Of a stretch of DNA of 56,708 nt, positions 45,356-53,467 are shown in pieces. The translations under genes were made by a program, and so were the position numbers. The notes under the pieces were generated by a model. It did not search any database and was not told where the DNA came from. It saw nothing but the letters and a program-made list of their open reading frames with translations. The number at the start of each line of letters is the position of its first letter. Positions within the stretch are counted from its first letter, which is position 1. The DNA comes from Candidatus Kapaibacterium sp. (lineage in GTDB: Bacteria; Bacteroidota; Ignavibacteria; Palsa-1295): the NCBI GenBank assembly GCA_039923455.1, contig JBDTCS010000159.1, forward strand, positions 1-56,708. Direction: 5' to 3'.

Positions 45356-46294
45356 TCATCTTCCGCTTCGTGGGTGTGCGCTATCATATACAGCCTTGAG
45401 TCTATCAGTCGTTAGGTGCGTGTAGCGTTGCGTCGTCCGCAAGGATTCGTGTCCGAGCACATCCATCACCGCACGCAGATCCGCACCACGATCGAGCAGA
45501 TGCGTTGCGCACGTGTGGCGAAGCATGTGCGGATGTGGCCGTGCGACATCGGAAATATTCTTGAAAGTCTTTTGCACGATGTAATAGACCATACGCGGAG
45601 TCAGTCGCTTACCGTTATCAAGCAGAAAGAGCGGTTCATTTTTTGCAATGATATGCGCGGTCGATCGAAACTGATGGTACGCTTCGAGTGCCTCGAGCGC
45701 CGGTCCGCCGATCGGGACGATGCGTTGCTTCTTGCCTTTACCGAGAACTCTCACGGTTTGATTTGCAAGATTTACGTCCGAAACATTCATGTTGCAAAGT
45801 TCGGATCGACGAAGCCCACTGGAATAGAGCAGCTCGATCACAGCGGCATCGCGCGTGTTTTGCAGATCGGGTGCTTCGGGTTTCTCGAGCACTTTTGCCA
45901 TCGTGCGTTCGCTCACCACATCCGGCAAGCGCTTTTCCGCTTTTGGAGTGCGCAATAACCGCGCTGCATTAAAGCGGAGTATCTCCTCGCGAACCAAAAA
46001 TTTTACGAAGGATCGGACTGCCGCAAGCTTACGACTGATCGAACTTGTTCGCAGCGCAACACCATCTGAATTGGTTTGTTGCGATAACAGAAAAAGATAT
46101 CGGCGCAAGGTCAGGAGATCATCATGACTTCCGACGAGGACGAGTTGTTCGGACTTGAGGATTCTATACAGATCGACCAAGTCGCCTTCATACGCGGCGA
46201 TGGTCTGCGGACTTGCTTCGCGCTCGTGCTCCATATACTCGAGGAACGCACGAAGCCACTTTGGAAACTCGCTGTAAAAATTGTGTTCCATCAT
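45356..46294 (-). CDS. XerC/XerD-family tyrosine recombinase
   Basis: 312 aa. SAM-like N-domain (SPQTIAAYEGDL). Catalytic residues are in context (GLRRSEL, HMLRHTCATHLL, GHESLRTTQRYTH). Confidence 0.88.
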   Translation of the reverse strand: MMEHNFYSEFPKWLRAFLEYMEHEREASPQTIAAYEGDLVDLYRILKSEQLVLVGSHDDLLTLRRYLFLLSQQTNSDGVALRTSSISRKLAAVRSFVKFLVREEILRFNAARLLRTPKAEKRLPDVVSERTMAKVLEKPEAPDLQNTRDAAVIELLYSSGLRRSELCNMNVSDVNLANQTVRVLGKGKKQRIVPIGGPALEALEAYHQFRSTAHIIAKNEPLFLLDNGKRLTPRMVYYIVQKTFKNISDVARPHPHMLRHTCATHLLDRGADLRAVMDVLGHESLRTTQRYTHLTTDRLKAVYDSAHPRSGR

Positions 46295-46399
46295 CAGAAT
46301 CCCATTCGAGAGATTCTCAGCGCATCCATTACAAACGATTTAAAATCCAACGATCTATTAAGAGCAAACAAGTACGAGCTAACAAGATCTTTAATCCAT

Positions 46400-46430
46400 G
46401 AGTACTTTTGATCATTTTTCAAAAGTGCTC
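46400..46430 (-). terminator. stem-loop after topA (putative terminator, no clear U-tract)
   Basis: gagtacttttga / tcaaaagtgctc: a 12-bp stem with one G-U pair and a 7-nt loop, 17 nt downstream of the topA stop. Confidence 0.4.
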
Positions 46431-46446
46431 TGCAAACAATAACAGA

Positions 46447-48798
46447 TCAATCCCCTTCGACCGTCTCGCTTACGACCTCATGCATTGCCTCATCGAACTC
46501 TTTCTTACAATTCGGGCACTTGAGAAATTCACCACGAGCTTTGGTCCACTTTGTACCGAGCCAATTGTTGTTGCACGATGGGCACGGTTTGTTGACCGGC
46601 TTGTCATTAGAAATGAAATCGCAGGTCGGATAGTTCGAGCAACCCCAAAATTTGCGCTTTGCTTTTCCGCCACGACGTTCGATCAAGTCGCCTGTTGTAC
46701 ACTTCGGACACTTGATGCCGCTCGGTATCGGGCGTGTGTATTTGCAGGTTGGATACTTACTGCATCCAACGAACTTTCCGAATCTACTTGAGCGAATAAG
46801 CAACTCGCCCTCTTTACACTCAGGACAAATCTCCCCTGTTTTTTCGGCTTCCGGTCTACCAGCGCCTTTGAGCGAGGTCTTCTTTCCACATGCCTTGCAC
46901 TCGAGGTACATTCCCCAGAAGCCTTGCTTGACTTCCGTGTCCATTGACTGACATTGCGGGCACGGACGAACGGGAAGCTCCTCGGTCAAACGTTCAGCAA
47001 CTTGATCGAGCACCTGCTTGAACGGCACATAGAAATCGGACATCACCGATTTATACTCGCGTTCGCCCGTTGCGATTGTATCGAGCTCGGACTCCATCTG
47101 CGCGGTGAAATCGACGTTAAAGATTTCGGGAAAGCTCTTTACCAGAATGCGATTCACATCGAGGCCAAGTTGCGTTGGTGTGAGTCTACGGTCTTCTTGC
47201 GAAACATAGAGCCGGTCCTGAATCGTACCGACGATACTTGCGTAAGTAGATGGTCGCCCGATACCAAGCGATTCTAATTCTTTAACGAGCGTGCTCTCAG
47301 TAAATCGTGCGGGTGGCTTCGTTTGGCTCGCGATCGACTCGATATCTTCGAGATTCGCCGACTGTCCTTGCTTGATACCGTTCGGCAAACGCTTCTCGTT
47401 GTCTTCTTCCGTTTCTTTTGCCGAGCGCTCTTCGATATCATCCATGACTTGCAAGAAGCCTCGGAAGGTGATCACAGAGCCTGTGGCACGGAAGCGGTAC
47501 TTGCTTCCTTCGGTCTCGAGGCTTTCGATCTCGACGGTGGTTTGATCGAGCACTGCGCTTGACATCTGACTTGCGATGTAACGCTTCCAGATTAATTCAT
47601 AGAGCGCCGCAAGATCTTTATCGGCAGCTTCCAAAAATTTACGAACATTTTTTGGTTCGAGCAATGCAGAGGTAGGACGAATGGCTTCATGCGCCTCTTG
47701 TGCGTTCTTGCTCTTTTTCTCTTTGCGCTCGGCACCAACATATTCTTTGCCGATATTTTTCTCGATGTAGGCAATCGCTTCTTTGCGTGCTTCATCGCTG
47801 ATGCGCGTGGAATCGGTACGCATGTAGGTGATGAGACCGGTAAGGCCATCCGGACCAAGATCTACACCTTCATATAACTTTTGCGCAAGTCGCATCGTCT
47901 TCTTCGGATTGAACCGAAGCTTTGCACTTGCTTGCGCTTGCAGAGAGCTTGTAATAAAGGGCTGCGGTGCATTGCGGCGAACTTCACGCTTGATGAGCGA
48001 TGCGACGCCATAGGTCTTCGTCTGCACATCTTTCGCATAGCCGCGCAGCGTTGCTTCGTCCGAGATGAAGTTGCGGGCGGAGTCGCTCAGATCTTGCGCA
48101 CTGCCTTCCGGATTTTTGAACTCTGTGCCATCGACGGATAGCAAGCGGGCGTGAATCGGAAACTCCGTGGACTCGGTCGTGAAATCTCCCCAGAGATTCC
48201 AATAATTGATTGGCTCGAAACGCGTGATGAGTGCTTCGCGCTCGCAGATCAATCGAAGTGCAACCGATTGTACGCGACCGGCCGAAAGCGAATCGGCTGC
48301 TTGACCAATGAACGCTCGCCACAAGATCGGCGAAACCTGATAGCCGATGATACGATCCATTACGCGGCGCGCTTGTTGCGCTTCGAACATCGCAAAATCC
48401 ACATCGCGAGGATGCTTCATCGCTTCTTCCACACCGGACTTCGTGATCTCGGTAAACAGAATTCGCTTGATGTTGGTGTTCTTCGCGCTCACCTCTTTCA
48501 TCAGATGATATGCGATGGCCTCGCCCTCGCGATCAGGATCCGTTGCGATCAGGACTTCTTTCGATGTGCCGGCAAGCTTCTTCATGTTGTCGATAATATC
48601 TTTCTTGCCTTTGACAGTAATGTACTGCGCGACAAAATCATTATCGACATCAACACCCAGTTTGGACTTTGGGAGATCTTTTACATGCCCGACCGAAGCC
48701 ACAACCACAAAGTTGGGACCAAGATACTTATTAATAGTCTTGGCCTTCGATGGTGATTCAACAATTACTAAGGATACCTTCGATGCAGTTTTCGCCAT
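46447..48798 (-). CDS. topA: DNA topoisomerase I with four C-terminal zinc ribbons
   Basis: From the Met at 48798: MAKTASKVSLVIVESPSKAKTINKYLG (TOPRIM). Catalytic Tyr context GLITYMRTDS. Four CxxC...CxxC modules at the C-terminus. AGGA lies 9 nt upstream of this ATG. Confidence 0.92.
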   Translation of the reverse strand: MAKTASKVSLVIVESPSKAKTINKYLGPNFVVVASVGHVKDLPKSKLGVDVDNDFVAQYITVKGKKDIIDNMKKLAGTSKEVLIATDPDREGEAIAYHLMKEVSAKNTNIKRILFTEITKSGVEEAMKHPRDVDFAMFEAQQARRVMDRIIGYQVSPILWRAFIGQAADSLSAGRVQSVALRLICEREALITRFEPINYWNLWGDFTTESTEFPIHARLLSVDGTEFKNPEGSAQDLSDSARNFISDEATLRGYAKDVQTKTYGVASLIKREVRRNAPQPFITSSLQAQASAKLRFNPKKTMRLAQKLYEGVDLGPDGLTGLITYMRTDSTRISDEARKEAIAYIEKNIGKEYVGAERKEKKSKNAQEAHEAIRPTSALLEPKNVRKFLEAADKDLAALYELIWKRYIASQMSSAVLDQTTVEIESLETEGSKYRFRATGSVITFRGFLQVMDDIEERSAKETEEDNEKRLPNGIKQGQSANLEDIESIASQTKPPARFTESTLVKELESLGIGRPSTYASIVGTIQDRLYVSQEDRRLTPTQLGLDVNRILVKSFPEIFNVDFTAQMESELDTIATGEREYKSVMSDFYVPFKQVLDQVAERLTEELPVRPCPQCQSMDTEVKQGFWGMYLECKACGKKTSLKGAGRPEAEKTGEICPECKEGELLIRSSRFGKFVGCSKYPTCKYTRPIPSGIKCPKCTTGDLIERRGGKAKRKFWGCSNYPTCDFISNDKPVNKPCPSCNNNWLGTKWTKARGEFLKCPNCKKEFDEAMHEVVSETVEGD

Positions 48799-49036
48799 TC
48801 TTTTTTCCTGTGCGCCGATATTTTGAAAGCGCATAACATAAGAGCAAACAGACTTGCGTTCCCGAGCGGCAATTCCGAGCGTTTTGGCGCGTTGGTGCAA
48901 ATCAACGGCTGCAAGATACGCAATGAAGCGCGAAGCAACCCCCTAATAAACGAAAAACGCGAGAGGCCACTCGATGTTTTTGGCCTCCTCGCGCCCTTTT
49001 TGAGCGTATTCTGCAAATTGCAGAAAAATGCGAACG

Positions 49037-49567
49037 CTAATGAATCACGTCGTTCGCGTTCAGCATTAAGCGACTCCCGACACGTCCGGAATCTTCAAAA
49101 TCGAAGATGAGCCCTGCCGCAAGTTCTTTTACATCCTTCGTGCTCACCTGACTTACACCAGCCATCAGAAGTCGATCAATCAAGAGCTCCATTTCGGATT
49201 CTGACATTAGTCCGAGTTCGCGCAATTGAAGCAAGTAACCTTGCGCATCGCGCGATAGGACCATGCGCTCGATCTCATGATACACGCGGAAGGAATTCGG
49301 GCGACCGTTCTTATCTTTAGCGCGAGCTTTTGGATCGAAGGCAGTCGCAAGCGAGCCACCATCTTTTGCAGTGATCGCTACTTTATCGAAGAGCCAGCTA
49401 AAGGCCGTTGAGATCTCGCTCTGCGTAAAACCACGAGCGGATAGTTTGGCAAGATCGATATCTGCCAATTGGGTATCTTTGCGCATCTCATCTAAAAGAT
49501 AGACGAGAATCTCAATGATCCGTTCGTGACCGCCAGATTGATGATCTAAGAATTCTTCCGATAACAT
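49037..49567 (-). CDS. smg: Smg-like protein (DUF494)
   Basis: Collinear with E. coli Smg as I remember it (EILVYLLDE...; LSARGFTQSEISTAFSWLFDK; FRVYHEIERMVLSRDAQGYLLQLRELGLMSESEMELLIDRL). It is adjacent to topA, as in many genomes. Confidence 0.75.
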   Translation of the reverse strand: MLSEEFLDHQSGGHERIIEILVYLLDEMRKDTQLADIDLAKLSARGFTQSEISTAFSWLFDKVAITAKDGGSLATAFDPKARAKDKNGRPNSFRVYHEIERMVLSRDAQGYLLQLRELGLMSESEMELLIDRLLMAGVSQVSTKDVKELAAGLIFDFEDSGRVGSRLMLNANDVIH

Positions 49568-49626
49568 AGGTGATACCTCCTAACAAGAGCTAAAACCGCA
49601 ACAATCCGAGGCAGACAAGCAAGCTG

Positions 49627-50085
49627 TCAGCAAAGCTTATGATGCTTCGTTATGAAAAAACGCTCTCTTGCGGCCATTCGTTTCTTCTTGGCCGGATCGT
49701 GATCGTCGTGTCCGGCCAAATGTAGAATTCCGTGAATAGCAAGATGGAGCAATTCTTCTTCGATCGATTTTCGATATCTTTTCGCGTTTTCAAGCGCACG
49801 CTCAACGCTAAAATAAAGCTCCGCCTCTAATTTTCCAGATGGAGTTCGTTCGATCTCGAAGGTTAGAATATCCGTGTACCAGTCGTGCCCTAAAGATTGT
49901 ATATTAATCTGCAAAAGTTCTTCATCCGAAAGCGTCACGATACCGATCTCACAAGTGGTAACACTTGGAAGTTCATGCGTGACAACATCTTTGATCGCTT
50001 TGGTGAGCAGTGCTCGCAAGCGCGGAGTTACGGCAAACAATTTCTTTGCTGCCGAACTCTGGGCGAGTCTAACCGTTAGATCCAT
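49627..50085 (-). CDS. ybeY: rRNA maturation endoribonuclease YbeY
   Basis: Zinc motif HLAIHGILHLAGHDDHD (H-x3-H-x5-H), 152 aa. Confidence 0.9.
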   Translation of the reverse strand: MDLTVRLAQSSAAKKLFAVTPRLRALLTKAIKDVVTHELPSVTTCEIGIVTLSDEELLQINIQSLGHDWYTDILTFEIERTPSGKLEAELYFSVERALENAKRYRKSIEEELLHLAIHGILHLAGHDDHDPAKKKRMAARERFFITKHHKLC

Positions 50086-50109
50086 TTGGGACGTCTGAGG
50101 CAGGTCGAT

Positions 50110-50583
50110 TTATCGTGCACTCTTGACACCTGCCGTAAAGACGCGCGCGTTCTCCGTAAAAACTTTTAGCGCAACCGCCGCACGAAGATCCTTCTCATCT
50201 AAGTCTGCCAACTCTGTCTCCGTTACAGAACGAGGAATATTCATATACACCTGCAATACACCTCGAGAGCTTACGGTGCAGACCGAAACGGAGCCCGCGA
50301 TCGCCCGAGCAAATATTGCGATCTCTTCTGTCGCATCGCAAATACGGATCTCCTCGACATCATGCAACTCCACCATCCCAAGCGCCGAATGGACGATCAC
50401 CATCGCCTCATCATCTTTTTCGAAGAGGTTCATCTCGATAAGTGGCGTCTTTGCTTGCGTAAGGTCTTTGTCCTTGCCGTGAAAAAGCAGAATCGTTGCT
50501 TCGTGGCCGTTATCCGCACTCGGGACGACAATGCCCTCAAGGGTATCTGCGAGCAGTTCTAATACATCGGGTTGAATCAGCAT
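50110..50583 (-). CDS. acidic hypothetical protein (157 aa), first gene of the ybeY-smg-topA string
   Basis: Clean ORF, 24 nt upstream of ybeY on the same strand. No signal peptide and no motif recognised. Confidence 0.6.
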   Translation of the reverse strand: MLIQPDVLELLADTLEGIVVPSADNGHEATILLFHGKDKDLTQAKTPLIEMNLFEKDDEAMVIVHSALGMVELHDVEEIRICDATEEIAIFARAIAGSVSVCTVSSRGVLQVYMNIPRSVTETELADLDEKDLRAAVALKVFTENARVFTAGVKSAR

Positions 50584-50609
50584 GATCTCTCGATTTTATG
50601 ATCTCTCGA
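50582..50609. promoter_or_regulatory. 12-bp direct repeat (period 16) overlapping the start codon of the 157-aa ORF
   Basis: atgatctctcga occurs at 50582-50593 and again at 50598-50609, separated by tttt. On the coding strand this reads tcgagagatcat-aaaa-tcgagagatcATG. Confidence 0.4.
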
Positions 50610-50763
50610 ATTCTAATCCCACGAAAATAAGTCTATTTCTTCCGATTCCCGCGTCAATATTTTACCGACGAGCGAAAAATCAATTACCGGATTAGCACAC
50701 GTTTGCTTGCCGGAATTGGTAACTTTGCACATTGTACGGCGAACCATCACCAAAGAATACCAC

Positions 50764-52308
50764 GTGCTAACACTTAGCGGCGAAGACCTGAACATCCAAC
50801 TCGTTGGGCAGGTTGCAAGACAAGAGATCACAAAATTTGGCATCGACCCCATCGCACTCAAACGTGTCGAACGCTCGCGGGCGCTCGTCGAGGCATGGGT
50901 GACAGAAGGCAAAACCATCTATGGCGTCACGACTGGCTTCGGGGAATTTGCAAATGTCTCGATTCCTCAGACCGATCTGAAGCAACTCCAACAAAACTTA
51001 CTTCGCTCCCATAGCGCAGGTGTGGGCGAGCCACTTTCGGCTGAGATTGTTCGGGCTATGTTATTGCTTCGTGCAAATGCGCTTGCCAAAGGTTGGTCCG
51101 GTGTGCGGCCGATCGTCATAACAAAGTTGCTGGAGTTTCTTGCGAAGGATGCTCTTCCGTATATTCCATCTCGTGGCAGTGTTGGTTCTTCAGGTGATCT
51201 TGCGCCACTTGCGCATTTAGCACTTGCACTTACCGGCGAGGGATTTTGTACGTACGGAAATGCGCACGACGCAAGACCGACCGCGGAAGTGCTCGCAAAA
51301 CTCAAGATCACTCCGCTACAACTCGAAGCCAAAGAGGGTTTGGCACTGATCAATGGTACACAGATGATGTCCGCGATAGGATCGCTGATGCTCGAGCGAG
51401 CTCAAGCACTTGCAGACATTGCGGATATCGCGGCGTCGCTTTCCTTCGAAGCTCTCCGCGCGACGGACAAAGCTTTTGACGCACGGCTTCATGCCGCACG
51501 TCCGCATCAGGGACAGCGTGAAGTTGCCGAGCACATGCTCGCGCTCGTGAACGGTAGCGAGATACGGCTCTCGCATTTAGAAGGTGATTCGCGTGTGCAG
51601 GATGCGTATTCGCTGAGATGCATTCCACAAGTACATGGAGCCGTTCGGGATACATTGCGCTTTGCCGAAGGTGTGATCAACACTGAAATAAATTCGTCCA
51701 CCGACAATCCACTCATCATTCCGGATACTGAAGAAGGTCCAATTAGCGGTGCACACATCGAAGGCGGAAATTTTCATGGCGAACCGATGGCTTTCGTTCT
51801 CGACTATCTCGCAATCGTGCTGAGCGAACTTGCAAATATTTCGGAGCGCCGCACGGAGCGGCTTGTCAATGGCGCGCTCTCCTATGGATTGCCAAGATTC
51901 CTCACTGCGAAGGGCGGGCTTAACTCCGGACTTATGATCGCGCAATACACCGCCGCTGCACTTGTAAGCGAAAACAAAATTCTTGCGCATCCGGCAAGCG
52001 TAGACTCGATACCGACGAGCGCCAATCAAGAAGATCACAACTCGATGGGTTCAATCGCCGCGTTAAAACTTATGAGTGTGGTTGATAATGTCGAGACCGT
52101 GCTCGCAATCGAACTGCTTGCTGGCGCACAAGGTATCGACTTTCTCGCACCGCTGAAGCCCGGGAAGGGAAGCGGCACAGCGCATCAACTTATCCGACAA
52201 GCCGTCACGCATCTCGAAGCGGATCGAAACATTTCGATAGATATTGCAACAATAAAATCTCTAATCGCGAATAGCAATTTTCGGAACGAGGTAGCCGCTT
52301 CTCTCTAA
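50764..52308 (+). CDS. hutH: histidine ammonia-lyase (MIO-dependent ammonia-lyase family)
   Basis: Motifs YGVTTGFGEFANV, LLRSHSAGVG (the Ser-His pair characteristic of HAL), the MIO region GSVGSSGDLAPLAH and NQEDHNSMG. GTG at 50764 gives an N-terminus (MLTLSGEDL...) of the length usual for HAL. The track ORF starts at TTG 50707. Confidence 0.85.
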   Translation: MLTLSGEDLNIQLVGQVARQEITKFGIDPIALKRVERSRALVEAWVTEGKTIYGVTTGFGEFANVSIPQTDLKQLQQNLLRSHSAGVGEPLSAEIVRAMLLLRANALAKGWSGVRPIVITKLLEFLAKDALPYIPSRGSVGSSGDLAPLAHLALALTGEGFCTYGNAHDARPTAEVLAKLKITPLQLEAKEGLALINGTQMMSAIGSLMLERAQALADIADIAASLSFEALRATDKAFDARLHAARPHQGQREVAEHMLALVNGSEIRLSHLEGDSRVQDAYSLRCIPQVHGAVRDTLRFAEGVINTEINSSTDNPLIIPDTEEGPISGAHIEGGNFHGEPMAFVLDYLAIVLSELANISERRTERLVNGALSYGLPRFLTAKGGLNSGLMIAQYTAAALVSENKILAHPASVDSIPTSANQEDHNSMGSIAALKLMSVVDNVETVLAIELLAGAQGIDFLAPLKPGKGSGTAHQLIRQAVTHLEADRNISIDIATIKSLIANSNFRNEVAASL

Positions 52309-52692
52309 TTATTCTGTCCGGAGCCAACGAGCAAACTCACTCTCCCATTTTTTTTCACTACCTCCTCTAAGCAAGTCGCTTGACCGCTGCTGGGAAGAGC
52401 GACGCATTTTTGCTCGCACTTGTCTATAAGACTAAAATTCAAGCACGATCTTGCCCTAAGAATAGTAATTCGACTCGGATTTTTCCGTATCTTTGAAATG
52501 GAAACGCTCTGCTTGCAGAAAACTTGAGGTGCCCCCTCAGAAGCAGCAACCTGATTTGGGTCAGATCGGCTAGCCGAGCGAAGGGGCACACTCTACGGCT
52601 GTGTCCATATTATCTCCGGCTTCTTGTCGTGAGAATTCAAAAGTTTTTCAAACATCGATATCTTTTTTCAACATTCCAGTTACGTCACGAAC

Positions 52693-53355
52693 ATGACTAC
52701 AAGAACTCGCAGTTTTAGCTTGGCAGTCCTTTGCCTTATCGCATTCAGTGTAACGGCGCACGCGCAAAACCGCACAGTCGGGGCAAACAAATTTATACTC
52801 GACGATGGCAGCGGCAGAACGCTCACGCTTCAAACACCTGCTCCTGGTGCTTGGCCGGCCGGTACGAATTTTAATTGGGTGATACCGATTCCTCCAGTCT
52901 CGGGTGCGGTATCCGGTTTCGTACCTCGTGGCGTTTCGAACGCTGCTCCGGTTGCGCCAAATGAATTTCTTAGATGGAATGGATCGGGTCTTGGCACGTG
53001 GGAAGTAACCTCTTCACTCGACGCAGGTCCGATCACCGTGACGACAGCCGGAAATCCAGCGACCGCACTATCGATCAATCAAGGTCGTATCTCAGCTGGA
53101 TCTATATCGCCGACGCCGGTCGCTTCCGGTGGCACAATTCCTACCAACGTATCAACGGTGATCGTTGCAAGCGAAGGCACAGCCGCAACAGCAACTGCTA
53201 CACTGCCTGCCGGTGTCGAAGGTCAGATCCTTTTTGTGACGACTGCCGATCCTGATGGCGTCACCATCACTGTCGGAGGAAATCCTGTGAACGTCGATGA
53301 TTCCGAAGTTGGTGTCTTTGCCTTCATTGGTGGCATCTGGAGACTCGCACACTAA
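52693..53355 (+). CDS. secreted Gly/Thr/Ala/Pro-rich protein, function unknown
   Basis: 220 aa. Signal peptide (LAVLCLIAFSVTAHAQ). Beta-rich and low in charged residues, with no T9SS tail. It lies 112 nt upstream of the S8 protease gene on the same strand. Confidence 0.6.
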   Translation: MTTRTRSFSLAVLCLIAFSVTAHAQNRTVGANKFILDDGSGRTLTLQTPAPGAWPAGTNFNWVIPIPPVSGAVSGFVPRGVSNAAPVAPNEFLRWNGSGLGTWEVTSSLDAGPITVTTAGNPATALSINQGRISAGSISPTPVASGGTIPTNVSTVIVASEGTAATATATLPAGVEGQILFVTTADPDGVTITVGGNPVNVDDSEVGVFAFIGGIWRLAH

Positions 53356-53467
53356 AATACTTGAAAACAGAAGATCGATCGAGAACTCGCTAATAGGGTA
53401 CGAGTTCGAAATCACATCTTCTCTTCTTTGTCCATTTGTTTTCAACTAAATAAGTGTAGGAGTATTT

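Noticed and set aside
45356-46294. The tyrosine recombinase as a marker of an integrated mobile element
   Set aside because: Its size and motifs fit chromosomal XerC/XerD. It is embedded between hpf/hprK and topA, with no flanking direct repeats, tRNA target, phage genes or conjugation genes.
52526-52593. Possible SRP (4.5S) RNA because of 'gaagcagc' within a long hairpin
   Set aside because: Only this short string resembles the domain IV consensus (GGAAGCAGCCAAGGCAG). The conserved flanking GNAR-loop helix and the symmetric and asymmetric loops are absent on both strands.
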